Source of the DNA: Xylographa opegraphella
Lineage: Eukaryota
DNA: 64,000 nucleotides
Direction of reading: 5' to 3'
Assembly (NCBI GenBank): GCA_022813865.1
Contig: JALDZX010000015.1
Location: 124,001-188,000, forward strand
Positions 49,609 to 62,908 of the stretch are shown one piece after another; within the stretch, counting starts at the first letter, position 1; every line of letters begins with the position of its first letter. The position numbers and the translations under genes are program-made. Below the pieces are notes generated by a model. That model was not told where the DNA came from and made no database searches. It worked only from the letters and a program-made list of their open reading frames with translations.

Positions 49609-50008
49609 TGAAGGGAGGCACATAGTGCTTTCCGCGCGGACTTTTAGGCTGCTATTAAATTCCGAGCTCTAGGACACCTGGACAAGAAACTTAGCGCCTA
49701 GAATCTGCCGTCAATGGGATTGCGACTAATGGCTGTATAACTTCGAGGACTCTCATTTTTTCGATAGCATCGACCCCAATCGCCGTACCTGCTTGTCACC
49801 GAGCCATTTCGCTTTCTGAATAGCGTATTTGAAACCAATTTGTCGCAACGGAGTTGGCCGGACTGGGTCCAAACGATTTTGCGAGAGGGCTGAGTAGAGT
49901 TGATAGGACTGTTCGTATTTCCAAAATAAACTATATATGCAAATATAAAATGTTACATTTACGTCAAATCCACAGCACGAGTTGCACTTAGAGTAAAATA
50001 ACATTTTA

Positions 50009-51253
50009 CTATACATACTTATTGATATGAGGTCCATACTGCGCCAGAGACCGGACCGGTCCGCTACGAACACTGGGACTCATTATATGATGATAGCTAT
50101 CGACCTTCGAAGCTCCTTCAAAGAGCACTTCACACAAGTCCACTGATTGGTCTGTTGAAGCCCTCAAATGCTCCGCCAGTAGGTTCGGCGGCATTACTGC
50201 GTACGCGTCCCCTAGCTCCACGATCGTGGTTGCCGTATCTGTGGTTACCGAACTAATTACTCTGAAGTAAAAGTCTAAAATAAACTCCATTCTGCTACCG
50301 TGCCAGTCAAAGTCGTGTGAAACCCACCTACAAGGAGATTATCGCAACCATTTCGAGAAGCCACAGAACGCTGATTGCTGTGGCCACGGAGACGTTCAAA
50401 CGGAGCCCCTGGGTGGGATAATATCTGTCTGCTGATTTCGAGTCCGAACCGGTTTGCATAGAGTCGGTGATTGTTTTCGTTCGGCGATCGAGGTCTGCAG
50501 TTGGATTTGAGCTTTGTGATTGAGTATCTCTGAACGAACAGCAGAAGCGGTGGTCTATTCCTGTCTTTGATGGCATGGTCCTCTGTTTGGGATCTAACAC
50601 AAATGAAAGGAAAGGACCGGACGTCTTGACAGAAGTCAACTCTGGAATCTTTATCTCCAACGGCAGCTCGAGTTCGGGTTAGTCCCGAACGTATAATTAA
50701 CTCACAACCAGAGACTTCAGTGTTCACAATAGACAGGACCGTGCTGGAGAGTTCGATCACAGAAGTATGAATCCTTCCCCGAGCACGGTAGATATACAAC
50801 CCGTGTAAAGAACCATCTTGCCAGATTGGGTACCGTCTGCACACGCAATCTCGTCTCACCGCTAATTGCTCTAGGCAAGAAAAGAGGCATTTTACATTCC
50901 ACGGCGGCATTGCTTCAAGCAGGTGTTGTTCACAGAAAAGCACTTGTTGAAAACGCATCACTATAGAGGTCCGAGGTAGAGAGGCTAGCCAAAGAAAAAC
51001 AAGAGATCGAAGATTTCATAGTAGCTATCAAACCGACAGTCAATTCTCTGACGATTGGAACATGAAAATGGCGCGGATGGTCGCAAGGACAGCTATTGTT
51101 TCGAATGAGGGCGGAGCGTGGATGACTGTCAAATATCCTAGCTGAAGGCAAGAAGCAAGAGCTGAACACTGACGTCTCTGAGTGTAGGTAGTCCAAGCTC
51201 AAGTTACTCGCTATCTGTGAACTATTGCCCATGGAGCAGACTTGATCGGTCAA
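50009..51253 (-). pseudogene. Fragmented protein-like ORFs, probable degenerate gene of unknown family
   Basis: Overlapping ORF pieces in different frames on one strand (50930-51253, 50275-50961, 50328-50660, 50009-50290). Confidence 0.3.
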
Positions 51254-51515
51254 GAGCTACGAGGTCCACATGGTCATCTAAAGAAGTGATGATTTCTGTG
51301 GATCAATGCAACTAGCTCGCCCAGACCATTACCGGGTAAGCGACGAATATCCTTAGAAACCTACCATGCCCGAGGGACTCGTATTGACAGGGAATACCAG
51401 TTGCTATTCTGCTTTATTCGTACCGCGAACCACCTGTAGATCGATATCGCTACATTAGCGCTCCAAAACATAGATTCAATATTGCCCTGACTTGCAGAAT
51501 CACTCCGGAAAGTTA

Positions 51516-53833
51516 ATGGCAGGTCGATTTGTGCGCTCTTCAAAGTATCGTACGCCACAATCAGTCAATACACATGACGATGCCCGAAGCTGATCAATCA
51601 ATTCAGGGCACGTCTTTGGACGACCGACTAGAAAAGTGAGCTTCACAAATGAACTATCCGCTCTGCGCGGACTACACTTATGAAGGACTAGGAGCAATGC
51701 TACGATAATATCCGTATCTCGAAGAATGCTTGGGACACGAATCTTATAAAGGTGGGTTTGCACCAAGCCATTATCACCAACGTATCGCTCGTCTGACAGA
51801 ATCTAGGCAAATCCCCACTATCTTTCGGTCAATTGGGAAGCAAGTGGTGGGGGCGCATTCGCAGTCATCCCCTTGGCCGAGAAGGGCAGACTACCCGAGC
51901 AAATACCGTTGTTTCGAGGACACACTGCAGTTGTGCTAGACACTGACTGGTGAAGATGTGAGCATTGTTTATTTGAACAGCTATTAATGCCCGCTACAGG
52001 AATCCTTTCAATGATTCCATTATAGCCTCAGGGTCGGATGATGGCAAGGTAAAGACTTGATAGATGGACAACTTGCTTGTGTTTACTAGACTCAGGCTTT
52101 TATTTGGAAAGTGCCAGAAGGGTTTTCCTTATATTCGGACGCAGAACAGCCCACCGACGTTGGCCCGGTACATAAGCTCATGGGCCACTCGAGGTATGGC
52201 TACAGTGCATGCTTTGTGACCCAGCACTAAAATTGTCTAGAAAAGTAGGTCACGTACTTTTCAACCCTGCGGCTGAGAATATACTTGCGACTTCCTCAGG
52301 AGACTTCACGATAAAGATGTGGGACATCGAAACAGGTTCTACTCGCCTCACTCTCAAACATAACGATATAGTGCAGTCACTTTCCTGGAGTGCTAACGGG
52401 GCGCTAATGGTCACGACGTCTCGCGATAAGAAACTTCGGATCTGGGATGTCCGGCAGGAGACAGCTGTGCATGTCGTTCCTGGGCACGCTGGAGCCAAGA
52501 ATAGTCGGGCAGTATGGATGGGCGAACATGACAGATTAGCAACAACGGGGTTTTCGAAAATGAGCGACCGACAGATAGGACTGTGGGACATCCGAAGTCC
52601 ACAAGAACCTATAGGCGGCTTTGACATGCTAGATTCAATATCAGGGGTGTGTATGCCGTTCTGGGACGATAGTACACAATGTCTGTACTTAGCAGGAAAG
52701 GGGTAAGGTTAAAACAAGTTTCCAAAGGTCCCAATTGACGTTATCCAGGGACGGTAACATTCGGTATTACGAATATGAACATGACAAGTTTGAGTATCTG
52801 TCAGAATACAAATCTGCAGATCCTCAACGTGGTATCGCGTTTCTACCCAAAAGAGGCTTAAATATTCACGATAACGAAGTGATGCGAGCTTTCAAATCTG
52901 TCAATGACAACTACATCGAGCCAATATCATTTATCGTACCACGGCGAGCTGAGGTCTTCCAAGGAGATATATACCCTCCTGTGACCGGAACGAAACCTGC
53001 CATGAGTTCTGCTAAGTGGTTTGATGGTGGCGACGCGCTACCTCCGAAAATTGACCTTGAGAGTGTGTATGCGGGTGAGGAACCTGCTGAGGTAGCTTCA
53101 GACTATAAACCTCGAACCTTGACACCACCCAAAGCACCAGCAGAGATCAAGAAGGAGCCAGAGCCTGTTAAGCAAGCGCCTCAGCCGTCACCAGCATTCC
53201 GTAGTCCACCGCCTTCCATGAAAGAGCAGACTGGCTCGATTGCCGCGCTGGCTTCGAGATTTGCTGATAATGACCCGGATGATTCGGTTGAAGATGATAC
53301 TTCTAGCTTTGAAGAGATACCGAAACCTGTGGATCGATCAGAAAAGCAGATCCACATAGCGTCGACAGTAGACAAGACTCAATCAACGGGGATACAGAAA
53401 GGACTGGAAAGTTCTTCAAATTTTCCTGCATCTGCTGCCGTTGAACCAACCTCTACCGCACGTCCAGATCCACAAATGATCAAGGTATTATCATTTCTCA
53501 GGAACCAGTGTACCCAGACGCTAATTTCCGTAGCCAAAGAATCTCGATCCACCTTCTGCTGCCACAAGCTCTTCCAACGCAATGAATCTGCCACCCACTC
53601 CAGCTGCGGGAACCGAACCTATCCAAGGATATCTTCAAGAAATCAAAGCACTCTTACAGCAACAAACACAGACAATGGCGCAACAGAGCGCAAAAATCGG
53701 CCAGCTGACGGCTGAGGTTGACGACCTAAAGACAAATCTAAGCAGCACGAATTTAAGCGGGAGGATGGGTGTTGCGGATAAAGGCGAGAGGATCAAGCGG
53801 TTAGAAGAAGAACTTGCGGAACTCAGGTCATGA
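51516..53833 (+). CDS. CRN1: Coronin (WD40 actin-binding protein), many short exons
   Basis: MAGRFVRSSKY|RHVFG, CYDNIRISKNAWD, WD repeats (KVGHVLFNPAAENIL, HAGAKNSR), GKG|DGNIRYYE, VPRRAEVFQGDIYP, C-terminal coiled coil ending LEEELAELRS. Confidence 0.96.
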
Positions 53834-54963
53834 AGGCTTGGCGGTGCGTTCAAAAGTAAATGCGTGGGATTATCTCTGTAGGCCTCGGGGATGATGGGGA
53901 AGAGGCTCATGGCGCCCTTGTGAGGCATTTAATGTGGGAGGAGGGCCGATCGTTGTCCTGGATAGATGGCAACTATGTATTGAATGCAATGACAGTGGTG
54001 ATGTGGCGCACTATCTTCACACATGTTCCTTCGTCCTCATGCTGAATGCCTTGATTTCGAGGAGTTCCTACTTGTCCTGAACTTTTGTATATTTGAACGT
54101 CCGCCGTGCAAAGGTGCTTTCTCTATCCTACCACTTCGGAGCATCCACTAGTACACTAGAGCACGATTACAACATGTCGCTTGTCCAATTATCCATGGAT
54201 TTATATATCATAATAACAGATCGGTTCTCTATTACTTCGCCAAGTCGCGTGTTCTAATGGTTATGATTTCTCGTTCACACTTCTGAACTTTAATCCGAGA
54301 AGGTTCCGTGTTCGATCCACGGCGTGACTATCGTTTTTCCATTTTTGCTTCTCCCAGTCAGTATATCTGCCATCAAGATCTCGATTGCCATCCATTTTGA
54401 TATTTGTGAGTATGGCGGGCGTTTGGAGCTGAAAGGTTTTTCAAGCAGTTCGGGAGGTCGTGGTCGCTTCGGAACACCCGACTTTTTGGCTCTTGCACCA
54501 CTTGGAATGGATGGACTGCATGCAGCCTTCGTATTATCCATTTTTTCCAGGCAAGATTGACCTCTTAGATCGTTATACTTGTTCGTTACGTTGAAGTATT
54601 TACTCATCACTCAAAAGCATTATGCTCGAGACGACGCAGAAGGGTCCCAACCTACGTATGACTTGAAGGAGCTGGCACTTTAAGCACGAGATGCATCTCC
54701 GGCCACGTATGATAAATACTTATCTTTTCAAGTGCTAAACCAAGGTACCAATGCTCAAACGGCTCAGTACTTCTCTAATAGAATCCAGAATGATCGATGT
54801 GAACAATTATGCTGTTCAACAGGATACCAAAACCCATACATCCAAACACTTACCAAGTCCTCATTACCTTCGCCCAACTGTCCGATGCACCCAAATTGAT
54901 GTGAGTAGTAACCCGGAATGACCTGAGCTCTCCGCAATCCCCCTCAACCACAATCCCAATATC

Positions 54964-57900
54964 TCAAGCCACGCCAATCCTCTCCGTCGTTTCTAGTACC
55001 CTTCTCCTCTCTTCCTCCTCATGCACCCGCAACTCCTGCTGAAACTCTACCGTCGAAGCTCTCATATCACTTGCTCCCGCCTCGCTCCGCTCCCTGCCCA
55101 TTGCGGACGTTGATGCCCCAATCTCCACCGCACGACTTGGATGCAAGCTCGCTCCCCTGCTTTCCTTCACAGAACCGGCCTCCGTATCCGTATCCCTTGG
55201 TTCTTTCACACACTCCTCATACAGCCTCGACCACGCCTTTGCACTCCTCTTCGTCAAATACACATCCTCACCCTCCCTCTCCTCTGTAATCGTTGACTCG
55301 CCCGTCTCCGACATCGGAAACAGCACCTTCGCCACCCCCTTCTCTGCCGTCGGCTTTGCCATCAAAGACGCCGATGACGCCGTGGTCGACCCGTCCCGCG
55401 TATAAGGGCTTGGCACTCCGCCTCCCGAGACCGAAGAGCGGATACCTCGGGCTTGGGCTTTGACGTTGCCAGAGCTGTGGGACTTGTACAGCCGGCTCCA
55501 GGAGCGGAACACGTGCCTGCTGAAGGTCATGCTGCGGCTCTTCTTACGTTTGCCGAGGAAGGAGCGGCGGCTCTGCGGTGACTCATTGGGTCGTACGGAA
55601 GAGGAGGCGGACGCGAAGTCGTGCGAGTGAACGTGATCGGCTTCGCTGGCTGGGGACTCGGAGCGTAAGGCTCGGTTGTGGCTGGGGTATTTACCCCAGG
55701 AAGGTGACGAGGGGCGCTTCTGCCCTCGAGACGCAGCTTTCACAGGTGTGATGACAATAGCTGGGTTCCCGTTACCGGGTAACCCAGACTGTGGGACTTT
55801 GAGGCGGCTATTATCACGAGACGTGGCAGGTCTTGTCTTCACCTTGCTGCTGTCGGCTTTACCCTTCAGACTCCTCCCAGCGAAAACCTGCGAGAGACTG
55901 CCGGGCCGCCTGGGAGGCGACGACGCTATTTCCTCGGCGTGGTCTCGAAGAGCCCGCTCCCAAATGGCAGCCGTAGCCGCCGGCTCTTCGGCGACGAACG
56001 TAAAACCATAGCCCTGGCGCTTGCCGGTCGAGTACCATTCCTCACTACCATCATAGCTTCGGAAATTGCCTTTCTTGGAGAAGCCTCTGCCAAGCATGCT
56101 CCTTCTTCCTAGGCTCTTGACCTTGACTGTCTCTTCCCCAAGCTCCTCTTTGAACCTGCTAGTTTTCGCTTTAGTCAGCGTCCTCGGCTTCGGCACGATG
56201 CGTGCAGCCGCGGCGGTAAGCTCCTGTGCGCGGAAGCTGGCAGTGCTGGATTGAAAGCTCGTGGTGTCAACGGTGCGGCGCCTAGATGAGTTGCGCTCAT
56301 GCAGATCTTTCGGTGGAGCTGAAGAGTTGACATTCAATGAGCTATTACGTCCGTAGAACGGTAGACACCCGTAATCGGTAGGTGCATCCAAAAGTTTCAG
56401 CTTGTCCGACCGATTTCCAAAGCGGGTGACGGAGCTGCCTGGACTTGGCATGGAACTACCACCAGCGTATGTATACACTGATGAGGCAGTATCTGGATAG
56501 AGTGGTCGTTCGTTCATCGGTATAGCGTTGCCCGAACTCGAGCTGTAGCGAGGTCGTCGCTCCTGCAGTGAGTAGGTCGTTGAAAACGTGCCGCTGGATC
56601 TACTACGTTCATGTCGCGCCATGTTGGAAAGTTGGGGTAAAGACACGGCATTCGTGAGAACTTTGTGATTTAAGCCGGTATGAGCTTCTGATTCGACACT
56701 ATACCGCCTTGTAGGTCCTGCCTTGAAACCCAGATCCCCAGTATGCTCTCTTGTATTGTACGAAATCCGTTTCGCATTTTCGCCGTCGACACCGCCAAAG
56801 TCTTGCTCTTCACTGCTGGGGTTACAATTGCGTACATGCCTAGCACTCGACGATGCCCTGCCAGTGTCAACACTTCCGCCCTTATCTGTTGATTGGAAGC
56901 ACACCGCTGGATCCAACAACAGACTTTTCTCCGGACGCCAGCCTTTCGGGTATGATGGACGATTAGACTTTGGTACCGTCGTACATATCAATCCCTGATT
57001 TATAGGATAACTTCGCGAGGGAGCAGAGCTCTTCCGGCTACCTGCAAATGATAGCTGCCAATCGGCCTGGTAGGACTCTGTAATACTTGGCATACGCAGA
57101 GGAAGTAAATCCGGAGACAATGGTACTTCGATTACTCCGGGCACTGAAGCCGTGGAACGCTGTCCCGTAGAGACCAGCCTTGCTTTCGCCGCATGAACGA
57201 GTGTCTCCGAACGATTGTTAAGCGAGGCCAGAGAAACATCAGCTGATCCGCGAGCTAATTCCACAATCTCGACACTACCTTTCCGAGGCGCCATGAAGAT
57301 CTGCTTGATCTCGTTGATGGCGTGCTGTGGCGGTGTTTCGGAGTCTGGGAGGTCATCTTCCCATACGGACGTTACTTTTGAGGCATTCCTATGCTCGTAG
57401 TCCGCCGGGATCTTTGCAGCGTTGTCTGAAACGTTTCTGGGAAGACCGTACGAGTCACGCATCTCGTGACTCGATTGTGATGTATTCAATCGTCTCATGA
57501 TATCACTCAGCTTCTTCGGGCTCATCTTATTCGCCCCACCGCTTCTACTCTTAGTGACCTTCGGAGTAGCTATAATTTCGGCATCAACATCATACCCGCC
57601 TTGGCTGGCAGTACGGTCGGCCAGCAGCTCGTCACGAAGTCTTTGGTGTAGAGCACGCTTTAGTTCCTTCCGACGTTCAACATCCTCTTCACTGAGCGAG
57701 ATCTTCGACTTTCTCCTCGAGCTCTTGGCAGAGAAGAGCGAATCTCGGGATAATTTCTTCCGGAGGGCTTCTCGTAGGCGGCTTGCACTGCTTCGACTAT
57801 TGTACACACGGCGCTTGTGCGGTGACGCATGCGGGCTCTGGTCTTGGGATGAGGTAAATATCATGTCCAGTTCGTGGGCATCTTCACTGAATGTGGACTC

Positions 57901-58038
57901 GTTCGTAGCAATGGATCGCTGCAAGTGTGGGCGTTGAAGAAGGCTTCGTGTTTTGTCTTCGACAGAGGGTCCCAATTTGGTATTTGGTAAGTCAGGCGAT
58001 GAGCGACCGCGGGAAACACAACAGAATAGGCTGGCCAT
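54964..58038 (-). CDS. Large Ser/Arg-rich, probably disordered hypothetical protein, intronless
   Basis: Uninterrupted ORF of over 1000 codons; likely start MASLFCC. No recognised domain. Confidence 0.8.
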   Translation of the reverse strand: MASLFCCVSRGRSSPDLPNTKLGPSVEDKTRSLLQRPHLQRSIATNESTFSEDAHELDMIFTSSQDQSPHASPHKRRVYNSRSSASRLREALRKKLSRDSLFSAKSSRRKSKISLSEEDVERRKELKRALHQRLRDELLADRTASQGGYDVDAEIIATPKVTKSRSGGANKMSPKKLSDIMRRLNTSQSSHEMRDSYGLPRNVSDNAAKIPADYEHRNASKVTSVWEDDLPDSETPPQHAINEIKQIFMAPRKGSVEIVELARGSADVSLASLNNRSETLVHAAKARLVSTGQRSTASVPGVIEVPLSPDLLPLRMPSITESYQADWQLSFAGSRKSSAPSRSYPINQGLICTTVPKSNRPSYPKGWRPEKSLLLDPAVCFQSTDKGGSVDTGRASSSARHVRNCNPSSEEQDFGGVDGENAKRISYNTREHTGDLGFKAGPTRRYSVESEAHTGLNHKVLTNAVSLPQLSNMARHERSRSSGTFSTTYSLQERRPRYSSSSGNAIPMNERPLYPDTASSVYTYAGGSSMPSPGSSVTRFGNRSDKLKLLDAPTDYGCLPFYGRNSSLNVNSSAPPKDLHERNSSRRRTVDTTSFQSSTASFRAQELTAAAARIVPKPRTLTKAKTSRFKEELGEETVKVKSLGRRSMLGRGFSKKGNFRSYDGSEEWYSTGKRQGYGFTFVAEEPAATAAIWERALRDHAEEIASSPPRRPGSLSQVFAGRSLKGKADSSKVKTRPATSRDNSRLKVPQSGLPGNGNPAIVITPVKAASRGQKRPSSPSWGKYPSHNRALRSESPASEADHVHSHDFASASSSVRPNESPQSRRSFLGKRKKSRSMTFSRHVFRSWSRLYKSHSSGNVKAQARGIRSSVSGGGVPSPYTRDGSTTASSASLMAKPTAEKGVAKVLFPMSETGESTITEEREGEDVYLTKRSAKAWSRLYEECVKEPRDTDTEAGSVKESRGASLHPSRAVEIGASTSAMGRERSEAGASDMRASTVEFQQELRVHEEEERRRVLETTERIGVA

Positions 58039-58967
58039 TGTGGACACTCGACTGGTATAAGCTGGAAGACCAAGGCGGGTAGAGGCCAAGGTGGAGGAAT
58101 TGCAAACCGACGTCAATATCTATGGGCCGTGGCTTGCCGGTAAAGTACGAATGGTTTGGGCTGGAGACAGACAGACTATGTACTCTCTTGTGTGATGCAA
58201 ATAGTCAATGCTTGCCAATCCTCCCTCGAGCCGGTCAGCAGAGTAGCTTCTAGGTATGCTTAAGATGTTGTATCGATAGCGTCGTGTGTGGTAAACCGAT
58301 GATTGGAAACGGATCTCAATTTAAAGCCGAGTCTCGGATGATTTAGTGAAGTTGTTATCTGTTGAGATATTACGTGATTACTGTCAGGCTTTCGACAGTG
58401 TCTGGAAATCATTAGTAGAGGCTGGTCCCACAGGCCCAATCTCGTTATACAAACGCACGAAACAAATACACAATGACGAGGCGCAGAATTGAGACAAATT
58501 AAACAAGGACAAGTTGGTCAAGAGCAAACGTGAGCGAAATCGAAGGAATAAATACTACCCAAAGAGGAAGTGTCGATGTGCTACATCACCTATTGGTGCT
58601 TTGCCCCAGTTAACATATATAGCGAAACCATACACTCAAGTTGTGTGCTGGGATGACTCTCATATCGAGTTCAATTGCTCTATTCTAGAGCCTCGTCTAC
58701 CTAAATAAAGGCTATCAGCAATGCCATTGCTAAGCTCTGCCGAGCCCTGTTGAATCTGAGGCCAGTGTATCGCGCTAGCCTTGCAATGTTGAAAACTGCA
58801 AAGTCTATGTAGCTTTTCCCCCGTTCGCCATAATCCCCTTACCAGAAACGCTCGCTAAACGCCGATGTTGAGATCGAGCCTGCTGATCTATGCACAAATG
58901 CTATTATCCGGTTACATGTTGAACTTTTATTCATAACCCATCATTATAACAAGCCGTTGAGGCGTGA

Positions 58968-61453
58968 TTATGACGCCTTGCTGTACTTCTGGCGGTAGAA
59001 CTTAGCCGCATTAACCATGTTGATAAGTGCGGCTTTCGTCTCCTTCCATTGACGCGTCTTCAACCCGCAGTCGGGGTCGATCCAGAGTTGATCTGGCTTC
59101 AGGTACTGTAACATCTCTTCGATTCTGTCCTTAATTTCTTGCTCGCTTGGTACACGAGGAGAATGAATATCATACACGCCAGGTCCAATGTGGCGAGGAT
59201 AGGCTTCGTCAACGAAAACCTTGAGTAATTTTGCATCGCTCTTGCTGTTCTCGATGCTGAGAACGTCGGCATCCAATGCTGCGATAGCATGGAAGAAGTC
59301 TTGAAACTCTGAGTAGCAGAAATGGGAGTGAATTTGAGTGGAATCTTGAACACCTGCTGTGGATAGACGGAACGACTTGACTGCCCAAGAGAGATAATTT
59401 TCGCGCTCGAGACCCGCTCGGAGCGGCAGACCTTCACGGAGCGCCGGCTCATCCACCTGAATCACATAGATCCCAGCAGACTCTAGGTCGACAACCTCGT
59501 CTCGTAAAGCCAAGGCAAGCTGCTCGGCCTGGACAGACTGGTGCACATCATCTCGCGGGAAAGACCATCGAAGACAGGTGATCGGACCCGTGAGCATGCC
59601 TTTCATAGGCTTTTTCGAGATTGATGCGGCATACTTCGACTCTTTAACCGTCATTGGTGCTGGTCGTGAAATATCCCCGACAATAATCGGAGGCCGTACA
59701 CAACGTGAACCATAACTCTGTACCCATCCATGAGTGGTAAAAACGTAGCCTGTTAACCGCTCGCCGAAGTACTGAACCATATCATTTCTCTCAGGCTCAC
59801 CGTGAACGTACACGTCGAGTTCAAGTTCATCTTGAATCTTGACGACATCCTCAATTTCCTTCTCGATGAATTTTTCATACTCTTCAGCCGTGATTTCTCC
59901 CTTTGTGAAGCGATTACGTTGAACTCGGATCTCCTTGGTCTGGGGGAAAGAGCCGATTGTGGTGGTTGGAAAGAGAGGGAGATTCAGCTGTTTTTGCTGT
60001 TGAGCAATGCGGACTGGAAAAGGAGATTTGCGGTTGTACATAACATCCGATATTTTCGATTGTCGCTCTTTAACTTTGGGGTCGTTTGTGAGCTTCGAGC
60101 TCGCACGAGCTTGTACAGACTTTGCATTTGCCTCTAACTCTGCGCGTACCGCGGCAGGACCTTCGGTTACTGCTTTGGCAATGATGGCTAATTCGGTAGT
60201 CTTTTCGACGGCAAAGCTGAACCAGTCTTTGATTTCTGAGTCGAGTTTCTTCTCACTCGCGAGAGTGTGAGGAGTGTGTAGGAGAGAGCTGGAACTGGCA
60301 ACGATAACACGCTCCTTTCCAAGTTTTTGTACTGCTACTTCGACCGTCTCAATCGCACGTTTGAGGTTAGTCTTCCAAATATTACGTCCATCTACTACAC
60401 CAACAGAGAGTATCTGTTTTGGGCCAATAGCACCCATCACGGCTTCTAACTGTTCGGGATTGCGAACTAAATCAATGTGAATAGCATGCAGATTGTGAAG
60501 AGATGGAAGGACATCGATGTTATGTGTAATGTCCCCAAAGTACGTGGCAAAGACAAGTTTTGGAATCTTGTCCCCAAGGCTAGCAAACTTTTCATAAGCA
60601 GGCTTGAAAGCCTCCTTAACTTTTGGGGGGAGGTCGAAGACCAGCGTTGGTTCATCGATTTGAACTGTTTCTGCTCCGGCTTCCTTTAGTTTGACGAGCA
60701 ATTCCTCGTACGCAGGAAGGAGTTTTTCGAGAAGCTGGATTGGATCCACCGATTGATCTCGATCCGCTTTTCCAAGTGCAAGGAACGAAACAGGTCCAAC
60801 GAGTACAGGTCGTGTTACAATGCCTGCTTCCTTCGCTTCGAGAAATTCTACGACGGGCTTGGGGTTTGAATTGAGCTTGAAAGTTTGACCGTCCTGTAGT
60901 GTCGGTTTGACATAATGGTAGTTTGCATCGAACCATTTTACCATCTCCTGCAATGTAATGAGAAGAAGTATGGATGTGACTAAAAGCATAACATACCAGA
61001 CTAGGGACATCAACTGCAGACTCGCCATCTTTGGCTGGCTTTTGCAGGCCTCTACCCATGGCAAAGAACTCGTCTATGGGAGCCAGGTTGTATTTAGTAT
61101 ATCTCTCTGGACTGGCCTATAAATTTTGAAGACTATTAGTTATCAATATCATTGATAAACAGAGTCTGTGACCTACGCCGAAAAATTGAATGTGGTCAAG
61201 AACGTGGTCGTAGAATGAGAAGTCATTGCTGGGAATGACATCGATACCAGCGTCCTTCTGTATTTTCCAGTGTTCCAGGCGAAGACGTTTGCCCTCCGCA
61301 AGAAGCTCCTCTTGGGACATTTTACCTCCCCAATAGGCTTCTGTAGCTTTTTTCAGATCCCGGTTGACTCCCATTCGGGGAAAACCCAGGATTGATCTAG
61401 CAATATTAGGATACCTTCGCATCTTCAAGCAGGAAGACTTACGAGTGCACCAT
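58968..61453 (-). CDS. MET6: Cobalamin-independent methionine synthase (MetE), 4 exons
   Basis: MVHS|SILGFPRMG, EMVKWFDANYHY, TTTIGSFPQT, HGEPERNDMVQYFGE, WVQSYGSRCVRPP, Zn ligands HFCYSE and DPDCGLKTR. Confidence 0.98.
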
Positions 61454-61809
61454 CCTGGCGGTGAAGAGTACGAATCCTCTGCGGGAACAAGAGTGGACGA
61501 TATACAATTGAAATTTCCAACAAACAACAGACTTCGATATGAAATCAAGCGTAAACTTTTGCTATGGCCGATGTTCGGGGGGAATCGAGGGTGAAGCTGT
61601 GGAATTATGGAGAAGGTGAAGGATTTCTTATCCTTCTTAGCGCTCTCCAGATGGTGGGATGATAATAAGCGCTAGACCTCCCGTGTTAACAGGGATGTTC
61701 CTTGCCCGTGGCTTTGATGACCACTCCAAGCTCCCTCTTAGAGTCATGGTAGCATTCTGGCGTTGCATGTCAAGACCAGTATCTCGAAACCTCGACACAA
61801 ATTCACATT
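61454..61809. promoter_or_regulatory. Compact divergent promoter between MET6 and the steroid-reductase-family gene
   Basis: Two ATGs facing away from each other, 356 bp apart. Confidence 0.6.
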
Positions 61810-62781
61810 ATGGCAATTATAGAAAGCTGGGTGCCACCATCGCGTGAACACTGGGAGCTGTTGACTTGGTTGTGGCAATTCTTTCCATTGGTATACTAAG
61901 AGCGATTTCCTGGTCCGATCGATATGCTGATAGCTCACTTGCAGATTACCATTTCGCAATGGCTGCTCGACTACTATCCGCAAGGGAAAACTTCCATTGT
62001 GTCTCGGTTCAACATACCTGGAAAGATCGCATGGGCAACGATGGAAGCTCCCGGGTTCATGCTACTTCTCTATATCATGTACAGTCTTCCAAAGCAAATT
62101 GGCCTCGATCGCTTGCCAGCAGTCAATTGGGTTATGGCGGCTCTCTTCGTAAGTTATATGCTCTAACGGAGAGACCATGTCTGACAGCCACTCTCGACTG
62201 TCCACTACATCTACCGCAGTCTGCTCGCGCCCTTGGTTCTAAATCCCAGCATGTCTCCTATACACCCAACAATATGGGCTTCTGCTCTATCGTTTCAAAT
62301 CATCAACGCCACATGTATTGGAGGTTGGCTTGCTGGATACGGACCCACCACTGCCAACGACTGGGCTGGAAGAGCTGTCTTGATCGAGGTGGGTATGATG
62401 ATCTGGGCCGCTGGATTTCTCGGTAACGTCTATCACGATGACGAGCTCCGAGAAGTTAGACGGGCAGCTGCCAGAAACCAAGAGAGAAAGGCGAAAAAGC
62501 AAGAAGAGAGGGCCGGAAGTAAATCTGTTGACAAAGTTTACGAAGTTCCTCAGAACGGCTTGTTCAGGGCTATTTTATATCCACATTACCTTTGCGAATG
62601 GATCGAATGGGGTGGCTTCTGGCTCATAGGGGGCTTGGGATGTGTTCCGGCAAGGTCATTTCTTATCAACGAGATTACAACTATGACACCACGCGCTGTG
62701 TCAGGGCGGCGATGGTATATTGAAAGGTTTGGGAGAAAGAAAATTGGTAGCAGGAAAGCTATAATTCCTGGCATTCTGTAG
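61810..62781 (+). CDS. 3-oxo-5-alpha-steroid 4-dehydrogenase (steroid 5-alpha-reductase) family membrane protein, 3 exons
   Basis: MAIIESWVPPSREHW, YPQGKTS, AWATMEAPGF, HYIYRS, NVYHDDELR, GLF..ILYPHYLCEWIEW, RKAIIPG. Confidence 0.9.
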
Positions 62782-62908
62782 GAATGCAGGCAGCAGCCTG
62801 GCTTGCTCAAAGGCACCTTAAACACAATCTCTATCCTTCAAATTACACATTTTGTGTAATGAACCTTTCAATGTTCCAAGATCTGGATCTCCGTCAGATA
62901 TCCTCCCA

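Noticed and set aside
38300..51500. Starship or other mobile element
   Set aside because: No tyrosine-recombinase captain, transposase, or terminal/direct repeats were seen.
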